Positions 29,858 to 39,323 of a stretch of DNA of 64,000 nucleotides are shown piece after piece. This DNA is from an uncultured Acidobacteriota bacterium. GTDB lineage: Bacteria > Acidobacteriota > UBA6911 > RPQK01 > JAPXNP01. The translations under genes were made by a program, and so were the position numbers. The stretch lies in assembly GCA_963777605.1 (NCBI GenBank), contig CAVZRV010000007.1, forward strand, positions 800,001 to 864,000, written 5' to 3'. The notes beneath the pieces were generated by a model. The model saw only the letters and a program-made list of their open reading frames with translations. It was not told the DNA's origin and searched no databases. Every line of letters starts with the position of its first letter. Position 1 is the stretch's first letter.

Positions 29858-30745
29858 TCAAGTCCAGCCTCCTTCACAAGCGCGATGGAGGGGGAGCGTC
29901 AAACAGGTCGGACCTCCTTCTGCTTTCAGGGAAATCTCTTTCCCTTGATAGGTTAGCACCTCACATCCTTCACTCTCGAGGGCAGCGCGCACCCGGTGGT
30001 TTCCAGCCAGCATCAGGCAGCGGCCTCCGCCCAGCGACAATATGTTGGTTCCCATCGACATGAACTCCTCTTCCACGACCGGAATGCAGCGAATTCCCCG
30101 GCTCGACAAAACCTGCCAAAGAGCCGTCGGCAAAAGAGGAAGGTACCCAACTGCAAGATCCTGACGGACCAGGCTGATCAGGGACAAAAGGTGCAGGCAG
30201 GCCTCGGGCCCCTGGAAACAGGGCAGGTCGAAGGACAGCACCCGAACTCCCCAAGCAGCCAACAGGCAGGTCAACTGGTCGATCCCGTGGCGATTGGTTC
30301 GAAACCCGATCCCGGCAGCCAGGGTCTGCGAGTCAAGCCAAAACAAGTCTCCCCCTTCGACGGTCCCGGGAGATTCGATTCTTCCCAAAGTCGGAATCCC
30401 CAGCGTCTCGAGTCGCCGGGCCAATGCCGGCTCTTCCCCACGGCGCAGGCTCTTGCCCATGCGGAGAATCACTGCACCAAAGTCGGTCACCAGCACGGGA
30501 TCGTAAACAAAAATTGAGTCGGAAAGTCCCGGCAGCGATTCGTCGTGGAAGACAACTTCGACACCCTGGTCCCGAAGGATTTCAGTCAGGTGGCCATGCT
30601 CCGCCGTGGCAACCTCCAGGCAAGGCTGGGACAGGTAATGCCAGCGGGTGGGGTCAGCCGACCCGAATGCTTCGTTCGGAGGACGCACCAGGACCCTCTC
30701 GAGAGCACAAGTCGAACTCTGTCCGCCAAATCGCGCCGGCGCCAA
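29858..30745 (-). CDS. Amidinotransferase/dimethylargininase (arginine deiminase superfamily) protein
   Basis: DSIFVYDP, RRGEE, EGGD, RTN..G, CLHL, C-terminal GGPTCLT catalytic Cys. Confidence 0.88.
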   Translation of the reverse strand: MAPARFGGQSSTCALERVLVRPPNEAFGSADPTRWHYLSQPCLEVATAEHGHLTEILRDQGVEVVFHDESLPGLSDSIFVYDPVLVTDFGAVILRMGKSLRRGEEPALARRLETLGIPTLGRIESPGTVEGGDLFWLDSQTLAAGIGFRTNRHGIDQLTCLLAAWGVRVLSFDLPCFQGPEACLHLLSLISLVRQDLAVGYLPLLPTALWQVLSSRGIRCIPVVEEEFMSMGTNILSLGGGRCLMLAGNHRVRAALESEGCEVLTYQGKEISLKAEGGPTCLTLPLHRACEGGWT

Positions 30746-30753
30746 GGGTATCT

Positions 30754-31644
30754 TCAGCCTCGCAACACTGAGTTCAGACGCGTGATCGTGTCGTCCACCT
30801 GATCGGGCTTCTCAAAGCCGATCGTCATCGCACTGACCAGGTTCTTGCCCCAGACATAACGAAGAGATTGCTCTCTCTGATCAGGTTCAACCAGTTGCCC
30901 GGCTCCGTAGATCTTCATCCCGACCACGGCCTTGCCGTTGTCCCGGGCCCGCTGCAGGACCTGGGCAACCCGGTTGGGATCACTGTGATCCATGACCTTC
31001 GCCTTGTTGTTGATCCGGGCAAAAATCACATCGACCCAAGGATGCTGCGAGGCAACCTCAAGCGCACCCAGGTCGTGACACGATACCCCGGTTGCCCGAA
31101 TGGCCCCTTTCTGCTTCAGTTCACTCAACTCGTCCCGCATGCGTTCCAGTTGCGTCGGCCAGTCGGATTTGGTGACGCAATGAATCAGGCAGATATCGAT
31201 CATGTCGACGCCCAACTCACGACGGAACCGGTCCACTGCCGGAATGGCGCGATCGGTGGGTTCCATGCCGGCTCCTTCGGCAAACCAGATCTTGGAAAGG
31301 AGGGTGAGCTTGTCGCGCCCGATCTCTTTAATGATCGGATTCATGAAGTGGTGGGATCCGTAGAGGTCGGCCATGTCGAAGAAGTTAAGGCCACTGTCGT
31401 AGCCGTGCCGGATGAGCCGGGTAAACTCGGCCTGCCCGAGGCGGACCTGCGCCGATGAATGGCCCGATCCGTTGAAGCCGGTTCCCATTGCCACACGGGA
31501 AGCCTTGATCCCGGTGGACCCGAGAGAGACGCGATCTGTGGAACTGGGGACGGAGCCGAGAACTTGCGTCCAGGGCAGCAGGCCTGCCGCCGTGGCACCC
31601 GCGACCGAGTTCCGTAAAAACGTTCGTCGATTCAGCTTTTCCAC
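30754..31644 (-). CDS. Aldo/keto reductase with Tat-like signal peptide
   Basis: NRRTFL twin-arginine signal; FDMADLYGSH, LLSK, GVSCH, VGMKIYGAG. Confidence 0.85.
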   Translation of the reverse strand: MEKLNRRTFLRNSVAGATAAGLLPWTQVLGSVPSSTDRVSLGSTGIKASRVAMGTGFNGSGHSSAQVRLGQAEFTRLIRHGYDSGLNFFDMADLYGSHHFMNPIIKEIGRDKLTLLSKIWFAEGAGMEPTDRAIPAVDRFRRELGVDMIDICLIHCVTKSDWPTQLERMRDELSELKQKGAIRATGVSCHDLGALEVASQHPWVDVIFARINNKAKVMDHSDPNRVAQVLQRARDNGKAVVGMKIYGAGQLVEPDQREQSLRYVWGKNLVSAMTIGFEKPDQVDDTITRLNSVLRG

Positions 31645-31749
31645 GTTTTGATCTCCTGGAGGATTGGGGGGTTTGGATCACCTTAGCATGAGCGTGGAAT
31701 GGGTTTCAAACAGAACCTTTTCAGTCATTAAGCTAAACTAGGAGGAGCA

Positions 31750-32448
31750 ATGGTTCGTACTCCCGTCAAGGAAACGTGGCTTTCACGTGAACCGCAGGAC
31801 AACAGCGGTCTGGTCGCGGTGCTGGCAACGCTGGCGGTCCTCCTCGTATCGGTGATGTGTTGGCGGGACCCGCGTCTCTTCACTCTCCTCGCCGCCGATT
31901 CGATCAAAGTCTTCAAGGAGCACGAGTACTGGCGAGTGTTTTCCGCCCTGTTCGTCCACGCCGACATGCGCCACTTCCTGGCCAATGCCGTTTTGTTCTC
32001 GATCTTCGGATACCTTCTCTACGGGTACTTCGGATTCTGGGTTTTCCCGGTGGGGTCTTTTGTGCTCGGAACCCTGGTGAACTACCTCTCCCTATCAACC
32101 TACCTCCCTGGCGAGGTTGGTCTCGTCGGGGCTTCCGGGATGGTCTACCTGATGGCAAGTTTCTGGCTGACCATGTATCTCCTGCTGGAGAGGCGCTACC
32201 CGCCGGGCACGAGGCTCATTCGTGCGCTTGGAGTAGGCCTCGTGGTCCTGATGCCGGGAGCATTTGACCACGCGATTAGCTACCGTACACACCTTATCGG
32301 TGCTGTCGTGGGGCTGCTTGGGGCGCTTGTTTTCTTCCGCGTCTATCTGGCCCTCTTTCGAGCCGCCGAAATATCTGAACCCGAAGAGGGGGCCTTTCTG
32401 TCCGAGGAACCGGAGATCTGGGTGAGCGGAGGCATTGATGAAGTTTGA
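31750..32448 (+). CDS. Rhomboid family intramembrane serine protease
   Basis: WRVFSALFVHADMRHFLAN, GASG, ISYRTHLIG. Confidence 0.9.
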   Translation: MVRTPVKETWLSREPQDNSGLVAVLATLAVLLVSVMCWRDPRLFTLLAADSIKVFKEHEYWRVFSALFVHADMRHFLANAVLFSIFGYLLYGYFGFWVFPVGSFVLGTLVNYLSLSTYLPGEVGLVGASGMVYLMASFWLTMYLLLERRYPPGTRLIRALGVGLVVLMPGAFDHAISYRTHLIGAVVGLLGALVFFRVYLALFRAAEISEPEEGAFLSEEPEIWVSGGIDEV

Positions 32449-33595
32449 ATTTTGGACCCCCACTCAGATCATCTTCGGCCTCGACACTCTTCCCGAGGCG
32501 GTTCCCGTGGTCCAGTCGTTGGGAAAGCATCCCCTGCTCGTCACCGGAAAGGTAAAGGACCGGGCTGGTGGGCTGGCGAGCGCCTTGAGCGGGGCTGGCC
32601 TGGACGTGGACCACTTTTCCGTGGATGGGGAGCCCGCCATTGAAATGATCCGGGAAGGAGTCGTAAAGGCAAGGGAGTCCCAAAGGGACGTCGTGGTCGG
32701 GTTTGGCGGTGGCAGTGCCCTCGATGCCGCCAAGGCAATTGCCGGGTTGGCACCCAATTCAGGTGACATACTTGACTACCTCGAAGTAATTGGAAAAGGG
32801 CGGGCCTTAGGCCGGCCGGCGCTCCCCATCGTGACGATTCCGACCACGGCAGGAACTGGGGCTGAGATCACCAAGAATGCGGTCCTGGGGTCCCCGGCTG
32901 ATCACGTCAAGGTGAGTCTCAGGAGTGTCCAACTGCTGCCTCGGACAGCGGTCGTGGACCCTCGACTGACCGTCAGCATGCCGCCCTCAGTTACCGCGTA
33001 CTCTGGACTCGACGCGCTGACCCAGGTCATCGAGCCTTTTCTCACTCGTCGCCATAACCCATTTGTCGATGCGTTGTGCCGCGAAGCAATCCCGCGGGCA
33101 GCCCGCTCTCTGAAAATCGCATTCCGCAATCCGGATGACCTCGAGGCACGCCAGAACATGTCATTCGCGAGCCTTGTCGGAGGCGTTGCCCTGACCAACG
33201 CCGGACTGGGCGCCGTCCACGGTTTTGCGGGCCCACTCGGGGGCATGACCGGGGCGCCCCACGGCGCCATTTGCGCCCGGCTGCTTCCGGCGGTCCTGGA
33301 AGCCAACTACCGGGCCCTTTACTGCGCCGGCAATCCCGAAGGAAAGTGCGACCGCCTGGACGAGATCGGGCGACTTCTTGCCGGGCACTCATCAGCACAG
33401 GGAAAGGACGCTGTCCGCTGGCTGCGCGAGTGTTGTTCCGAGCTGGGGATCCCCTCGCTTTCCCACTGGGGCCTGACCCGGGGGATGATTGATGAAGCCG
33501 TCGAGAAAGCACGCCGGGCGAGCAGCATGAAAGGAAATCCGGTCCTTCTGAGCCCTTCTGAACTGCGGGGGATTCTCGAGCAGTCAATTGATTGA
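32438..33595 (+). CDS. Iron-containing alcohol dehydrogenase
   Basis: GGGSALDAAK, IPTTAGTGAE, DALTQVIE, GLGAVHG, PHG; GGAGG SD. Confidence 0.92.
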   Translation: MKFEFWTPTQIIFGLDTLPEAVPVVQSLGKHPLLVTGKVKDRAGGLASALSGAGLDVDHFSVDGEPAIEMIREGVVKARESQRDVVVGFGGGSALDAAKAIAGLAPNSGDILDYLEVIGKGRALGRPALPIVTIPTTAGTGAEITKNAVLGSPADHVKVSLRSVQLLPRTAVVDPRLTVSMPPSVTAYSGLDALTQVIEPFLTRRHNPFVDALCREAIPRAARSLKIAFRNPDDLEARQNMSFASLVGGVALTNAGLGAVHGFAGPLGGMTGAPHGAICARLLPAVLEANYRALYCAGNPEGKCDRLDEIGRLLAGHSSAQGKDAVRWLRECCSELGIPSLSHWGLTRGMIDEAVEKARRASSMKGNPVLLSPSELRGILEQSID

Positions 33596-33762
33596 AGTTG
33601 TTTAGAAACGCTGAGTCGCATAGAATTTGACCGGTTTTTCCGGCCTTCGGGTCAGCCGGGTATTGATGGCAATTACCGGGAGAATCTGAGCTCGCTACAA
33701 CCCTTCTGAGCGCAACCCGTCTGAAACGGTCGCCGAAGGAAGATGTGGAAATGGAGGAAAAG

Positions 33763-34938
33763 ATGAAAGGGACAAAAATTGGAATTCTGACTGGAGGAGG
33801 CGACGTCCCCGGGCTGAATTCGGTCATTAAATCGGTTGTCTACCGTGCCACAGAAATGGGCCGTGAAGTGGTGGGGATTCGTCGCGGCTGGGAAGGCCTT
33901 ACCCACATGGATCCCACCATGGATCTCGACCCCAGGTATGTTCGCCCATTGACCAGGGAGAACACGAGAGCGATCGACCGCAGCGGTGGAACCGTTCTTC
34001 ACACCTCTCGAACCAACCCCTGGAAGACCAAACGCTCCAAGATCCCTCCTTTCATTTCGGAAAATGAGGCGAAGCAGTACCAGAAATCAGAGGATCTCTG
34101 GGACCTGACTCCGATTGTGACCACCAATCTCGATCGCCTAGGGATCAGAACCTTAGTGGCCATTGGAGGAGACGACACCCTGAGCTACGCTGCCCGCCTG
34201 GACCGTGAAGGCTTCCCCGTGATCGCGATCCCTAAAACGATGGACAACGACGTGCAGAACACCGAGTACTGCATCGGTTTTTCGACCGCCATCACCCGGG
34301 CGAAGGAGTTGATCACCCGCCAGCGGACTACTCTCGGCTCCCACGAGCGGATCGGAGTTTTCCGGATCTTCGGTCGGGACGCCGGTTTCACGGCCCTCTA
34401 CACGGCCTACGTCACATCAACCCGGTGCTTGATCCCCGAATATCCATTCGACATCGACCGCCTTTGCGAACTCCTGCTTGAGGACAAGAAGAACAATCCC
34501 AGCAGCTATTCGCTGGTAGTGGTCTCTGAGGGAGCGACCTGGACAGGCCGCGACGTAGCCGAATTCGGCGATGCTGACGCTTTCGGTCACCGCAAGAAGG
34601 TCGACATCGGCCAAGCCCTGGGCCAGGAAATCCGTCGCCGGACCGGCGAGGAGACGATGGCCAGTGACCTGACCTACGATCTGCGCAGTGGCGACCCTGA
34701 CTCCATAGATCACCTGGTCGCAATCACCTTCGCCAACATCGCGCTCGATCTGATCGCCGACGGCATCTCCGGGCGAATGGTCGGAATCCGGGACGGCCGC
34801 TACGCCCACGCGGAGATTCCGGATCCCGCCCTGGGTGCCCGCACGGTGGATCTGGACCGGCTCTACAACGCCGAGCGTTACCGGCCCCGGTACGACAACA
34901 AGCTGGGTGCCCCGATGTTGATCGAAACCCTGCGTTAA
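33763..34938 (+). CDS. 6-phosphofructokinase (PfkA family), PPi-type signature
   Basis: TGGGDVPGLN, GGTVLHTSR, IGGDDT, IPKTMDND, FGRDAG. Confidence 0.9.
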   Translation: MKGTKIGILTGGGDVPGLNSVIKSVVYRATEMGREVVGIRRGWEGLTHMDPTMDLDPRYVRPLTRENTRAIDRSGGTVLHTSRTNPWKTKRSKIPPFISENEAKQYQKSEDLWDLTPIVTTNLDRLGIRTLVAIGGDDTLSYAARLDREGFPVIAIPKTMDNDVQNTEYCIGFSTAITRAKELITRQRTTLGSHERIGVFRIFGRDAGFTALYTAYVTSTRCLIPEYPFDIDRLCELLLEDKKNNPSSYSLVVVSEGATWTGRDVAEFGDADAFGHRKKVDIGQALGQEIRRRTGEETMASDLTYDLRSGDPDSIDHLVAITFANIALDLIADGISGRMVGIRDGRYAHAEIPDPALGARTVDLDRLYNAERYRPRYDNKLGAPMLIETLR

Positions 34939-34952
34939 GACTCCTTGAGTTC

Positions 34953-34982
34953 GGAGGAAGCGGTCCCCGGGCCGCTTCCTCC
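34953..34982. terminator. Hairpin between convergent pfk and AI-2E genes
   Basis: GGAGGAAGCGG-N8-CCGCTTCCTCC perfect 11-bp stem; weak U-tract. Confidence 0.5.
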
Positions 34983-35017
34983 AGAAACTTCCTCTCCAGG
35001 CCCCCGTCAGCTAAACA

Positions 35018-36142
35018 TCAACCCCCGTGCTCGTCGAGCACTCGCTCGTCGGCTCTTTCTTCTGCCTGTCTCCCATCGCCCGTCGCAACGTTCAAAGCAG
35101 TTCCGTCGATCGACACCCCGATTTCCCTTCCCAGGAGCGCCGCCATCCACTGGGTTCGCCTATTGCTGCTGAGTGCAATCTTCACGGTCATGGTCAGCGG
35201 GACCGCCAACAAAACTCCAATGGGACCGAGGATCCAGGCCCATACCACCAGGGAGGCAAACACGACAAGCGTCGACAGGCCAAGTCCCCGGCCAAGAAAA
35301 CGCGGTTCCAGCAGGCTGCTTAGCGTCATGTTGATGGCCAGGTAGCCCAGCGCGACAACGAGCGCCGCCACGGGCCCGTCTCTGAGGAGGGCGAGAACGA
35401 TGGCCGGAACGGCCGCCAGAATCGACCCGAGGTTGGGAATGTAGTTGAGTAGAAAAGCAAGCAGGCCCCAGAGCAGCCAGAACTGCAGGCCACAGACCCA
35501 GGTCCAGGAGGCAACAGCAATTCCGGTCGCCAGGCTCATGGCCGACTTGATGACCACGTATTTGTTGAGCCTTCTTGCGAATTCCCGGAATCCGGACAGG
35601 GTCGCTTCGGCTGAGGTGATGTTGAGACGGATCTTGGCCGGAAAACTGGAGGCTTCGAGGAGAATGAATACAGCCGTCAGGAAGATCAACACGGCGTTGG
35701 TCAGTAGCCCCCCCACGGAAGTTAGGAGGTTTCCGAGAAGGCTCATCGCAGACCCAGGATCGAGAATATTCGTGAACGTCGAACGGGAAACGTTGACATC
35801 ATGCCGACCCAGCCAATCGACCAGCCGGAGAACCTGGTCTCGAATCTGTGCCTCGTAGGTCGGGAGTTCCCGCACGAATGCGTTGATCGAACTTCCCACC
35901 AGGATTCCGAGTCCGGTGAGCAGTCCAATCAGCGCCGTGACTGTAATCAAAACCGAGAGACTCGCGGGTACCCGGTTCCGCCTGAGCCAGAAGACAAACG
36001 GTCCCGCCATCACTGACAGGAACACGGCGACCAGAAAAGGAACCAGGAGGGCCGAAGCCGCTTTCATGCCTGCGACAATGACTACGAACGCAGCCGCCCC
36101 AATGAGCACTCGAAACCCACCAGATTCGTGGTCAGCACTCAT
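35018..36142 (-). CDS. AI-2E family transporter
   Basis: Multi-TM; LAFLLNYIPNLGS, LEPRFLG..LGLS, WILGPIGVLLAVPLT. Confidence 0.9.
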   Translation of the reverse strand: MSADHESGGFRVLIGAAAFVVIVAGMKAASALLVPFLVAVFLSVMAGPFVFWLRRNRVPASLSVLITVTALIGLLTGLGILVGSSINAFVRELPTYEAQIRDQVLRLVDWLGRHDVNVSRSTFTNILDPGSAMSLLGNLLTSVGGLLTNAVLIFLTAVFILLEASSFPAKIRLNITSAEATLSGFREFARRLNKYVVIKSAMSLATGIAVASWTWVCGLQFWLLWGLLAFLLNYIPNLGSILAAVPAIVLALLRDGPVAALVVALGYLAINMTLSSLLEPRFLGRGLGLSTLVVFASLVVWAWILGPIGVLLAVPLTMTVKIALSSNRRTQWMAALLGREIGVSIDGTALNVATGDGRQAEERADERVLDEHGG

Positions 36143-36181
36143 TCCTTTGCGCCTTTCCAGAATTCTCCATCCCCGGTCCTT

Positions 36182-37198
36182 TCAACGAAGTTGCTTTCGC
36201 AGAAAACGGACGATGTGCCATCCATCGATATAGCTGAACGGAAAATGGGCGGTCGTGTAGTGGCCGCAGGGGAGAGTTGCTCTCTCGCATCCGATCCCCA
36301 GTTCCCGGTACCGCTCGAACACCAGTTCTGACAGCTCGGGAAGAAACGTTGGGTCGTAGCGAGCGGTAATCATGAGGTGGGGCCTCTCGCACATCCTGAG
36401 CCGTTCGATAAAATACCAAGGGCTCAACGGGGCCCAGCACTCACGCAGTTCCTCCAGTTTGATCTGCCCTTCCAGGCCCCAGCGTACGAAACGCGTGGAC
36501 AATCCCGTCCAAACCACGTCCGCAAAGAAAGCCGAAACGTGGTTGAAGACCGCCGCGTCGATGGAGCAGTCGTGGGTAAATGCCAGGTACCCGACGCAGG
36601 AACCGAGGCTGGTCCCCATCACCCCGACTTTTTCATACCCCTCCTCCCGCAGCCACCGCGCCAGGGTGAGCACTTCGACGACCGCCTGTCGGGTCGCGTG
36701 CAGTGTCCGCCCAATGTTCGGGCTCACCATCAGATCGGCTCGCTTCATTCCGCCGGGTGCACGGGTCTCGTGGTAGGGGAGAGTAATCCGAACCGCCGTA
36801 AATCCGAACCGGTTCAGCAGTTCGCATAGCCCCACGTGACTCCTGGAATCCGCGTTCCACTGGGGGATGACGATCACCGCCGACCGGGAGTCCTCGGCCT
36901 TCCAGATCCGACAGCGAACCCGGTTATTCTCTTCAAACGGCGAAGGTGTCGGCGTCGCGAACGAAAGCAAGTCCTCGCTCCGGCTGATCGTCTCCAATTG
37001 CTGCGCCGAGAAAACCTCGTCACTCTTTTCCAGCACGTGCTTCGACCAGGCTGAGACGCGCTCCACTTCCGGCGCCGTCGACTCCCCGTTCAGTCCGAGC
37101 CATTCCAGGCCCCAATCAAAGGGAAAGACCCTGCGATTGGGATCCTTCCGTGTGAGCCGGTCTTCCCAGCTTTCTATCCAGTGTTTATACAGGTTCAT
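36182..37198 (-). CDS. Alpha/beta hydrolase (ABHD18/RcgR-like)
   Basis: FDWGLEW, PQWNAD, PYHETR, nucleophile GTSLG, YD, catalytic His in PCGHYT. Confidence 0.8.
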   Translation of the reverse strand: MNLYKHWIESWEDRLTRKDPNRRVFPFDWGLEWLGLNGESTAPEVERVSAWSKHVLEKSDEVFSAQQLETISRSEDLLSFATPTPSPFEENNRVRCRIWKAEDSRSAVIVIPQWNADSRSHVGLCELLNRFGFTAVRITLPYHETRAPGGMKRADLMVSPNIGRTLHATRQAVVEVLTLARWLREEGYEKVGVMGTSLGSCVGYLAFTHDCSIDAAVFNHVSAFFADVVWTGLSTRFVRWGLEGQIKLEELRECWAPLSPWYFIERLRMCERPHLMITARYDPTFLPELSELVFERYRELGIGCERATLPCGHYTTAHFPFSYIDGWHIVRFLRKQLR

Positions 37199-38271
37199 GA
37201 ATCAGGCTTGACCAGTTCTGCTCTAAACTCCGTCCGATACAGTTCGAGAAACGCCAGAAAGAGGGAGACCATTACGGGGCCGAATACCAGCCCGAGAATC
37301 CCGAAATAGGCTGCTCCTCCCGTCAACGCGAAGAACACGACGAGGGTGTGCATCCCGGCCTGCCCTTCGATCAACAGCGGACGGAGTACATTATCAATGA
37401 CACCAACAAAGAAGATTGAAAGTACCAGCAGGGCAACAGCCTTCAGGTAGGAACCGCTCAGCAGAAAGAAGATTACCCACGGCAGCCAGACCACCGAGGT
37501 GCCCACCACCGGAACCATGGAAACGAACCCGGTTGCGGTTCCCCAAAAGAGCGCGTTGCCTGTTCCGAGAATCCAGAAAACTATGCCGCCCGCCACCCCC
37601 TGGGCCAAGGCCGTAACCAGCGTCCCCAATACCGTCGCTCGGGTGATCTCGCGGAACTTTTTCCCCAACAGTTCTTCGTGGTGAGACGCCAGGGGACTGA
37701 GTTTTCTAAGTTCACCTGCCAGTTGAGGTGCGTCTCGGAACATGAAGAACATCGTAATCATCACAATGATGAACTGCCCCACCACACCCGCAAATCCTTC
37801 CAGGATTGCGGTGCTGTTGCGAATCAGGTAAAGGCTCACCTGCTGTAACCCGCTGGCGATCCCGCCGACGAGATCGATCTCGTTGGGGTTCACGTAGCGC
37901 TCGAGCCACGACCTCAGATCCGCAAGGTAGGGGTTTTTTTTCAAGGTCAAGATGCTGTCGAAGTCGCCCGTCGCAACCCTTGTATGCACATGGTCGTAGA
38001 CATCGTTGACCTGGCCGGCCAGGGTGACGACAAGCAAAACCACGGGCAGGACAACCAAAACCATGACCAGCAGGCAGGTGATCAGGGAAGCCAGGTTTTC
38101 CCTTCGACCCAGGTGTCTCAAAATCCACCGGTAGACGGGGTAGCACAGGCTCGAGAGAATAATCGCCAGAGCGATCGGCTGCAGGAAAGGCCGGAAGATT
38201 TCGTAAACAAAGAACAGCGTCACCAGCGCCGGCACCAATATGAAGATACGAATGAAGCGCCGTTCCTGCAT
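37195..38271 (-). CDS. AI-2E family transporter
   Basis: Multi-TM; PVVGT, IDNVLRP, FGILGLVFGP; 4-nt overlap with the hydrolase. Confidence 0.9.
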   Translation of the reverse strand: MQERRFIRIFILVPALVTLFFVYEIFRPFLQPIALAIILSSLCYPVYRWILRHLGRRENLASLITCLLVMVLVVLPVVLLVVTLAGQVNDVYDHVHTRVATGDFDSILTLKKNPYLADLRSWLERYVNPNEIDLVGGIASGLQQVSLYLIRNSTAILEGFAGVVGQFIIVMITMFFMFRDAPQLAGELRKLSPLASHHEELLGKKFREITRATVLGTLVTALAQGVAGGIVFWILGTGNALFWGTATGFVSMVPVVGTSVVWLPWVIFFLLSGSYLKAVALLVLSIFFVGVIDNVLRPLLIEGQAGMHTLVVFFALTGGAAYFGILGLVFGPVMVSLFLAFLELYRTEFRAELVKPDS

Positions 38272-38393
38272 ATCCGGAATCTAACCTCTCTACTGGACCA
38301 GCGTCAATTTAGAAAGGGAACCCTGCCATCATCCGGCCCCCTCCATTTCTCGTACCGTCCAAGCTCCCGGCTTCCGTAGGTTAGAATACCCGC

Positions 38394-39323
38394 GTGGATC
38401 TTCGCCAGCTCGAGATGTTTCAGGCCATTGTCGAAACCGGAAGCTTTACTCGGGCCGGAGAAAAGCTGTTCGTCTCCCAATCTGCGATCAGCCGCCAGAT
38501 CAAGCTTCTGGAAGAAGAGCTGGGAGATCCCCTCTTCAAGCGGATTCACAAGGGCGTCTATCTCACCCCAACCGGCGAGATCCTCTTGCAGTACTCCCAA
38601 CGCATCTTCAACGAGATTCGGATGCTCAACTCGGAGATCGCCGACCTCACCCACCTGCGACGGGGAAGCCTCCACCTGGCGGGAGGGATGTCGGTCTGTA
38701 CCTATCTGTTCCCACTCCTTCTGAAACAGTATCAAATCCTCTACCCAAGTGTTGAAATCCGCATAGCTACCGGGATTACAGAAGAGATCCTGAGGATGCT
38801 CCGCTCAAACGAAGTCGATCTTGCCCTTCTCAGCCTTCCCTTTACGGAACCGGACCTGGAAGTTGTCCCAGCTCTTTCGGAAGAGCTGGTCCTGGTGATG
38901 AACCCCAGTCACCCCTTGACCCGAAAATCGGAGATCGGATTTCAGGACCTGCCTTCTTTCACGTTTATCCACTTCGAGCGGGGCTCAAACACGCGGAAGG
39001 TGATCGACCAGCTTTTTCGCGAGGAGAAGGTCCAGTTTCGGAACACCATGGAACTGCAGAACGTGGAGATTACCAAGCCTCTCGTCGCCAAGGGACTGGG
39101 GATCAGCATCGTGCCGCTGCCGGCAGTCTCGGCAGCCGAGGGGGGGCGGGATCTCGTCTACAAGAGAATCGGAGGCCGTAAGATCTACCGGGAACTGGGT
39201 TGGGTATACCCCAAGGCCGATTATGTTTCCCGTGCGGTCCAGAAACTCCTTGGCCTCTTCGACGAAATGAAGCCTCAGTTTACCGAGGAACATTACCATT
39301 CCCCATCGCCCGAATATGAATGA
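38394..39323 (+). CDS. LysR family transcriptional regulator
   Basis: MDLRQLEMF..GSFTRAGEKLFVSQSAISRQIKLLEEELG HTH, substrate-binding domain. Confidence 0.95.
   Translation: MDLRQLEMFQAIVETGSFTRAGEKLFVSQSAISRQIKLLEEELGDPLFKRIHKGVYLTPTGEILLQYSQRIFNEIRMLNSEIADLTHLRRGSLHLAGGMSVCTYLFPLLLKQYQILYPSVEIRIATGITEEILRMLRSNEVDLALLSLPFTEPDLEVVPALSEELVLVMNPSHPLTRKSEIGFQDLPSFTFIHFERGSNTRKVIDQLFREEKVQFRNTMELQNVEITKPLVAKGLGISIVPLPAVSAAEGGRDLVYKRIGGRKIYRELGWVYPKADYVSRAVQKLLGLFDEMKPQFTEEHYHSPSPEYE

Noticed and set aside
31713-31739. GAACCTTTTCA upstream of the rhomboid gene, identical to part of the ECF promoter
   Set aside because: No GTCT-like -10 at 16-17 nt spacing (TAAACT instead), so not called an ECF target
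33670-33750. Glycine riboswitch-like words (GGAGA...CGCCGAAGGA) upstream of pfk
   Set aside because: The downstream CTCTCAGG motif and second aptamer are missing, and the gene context does not fit
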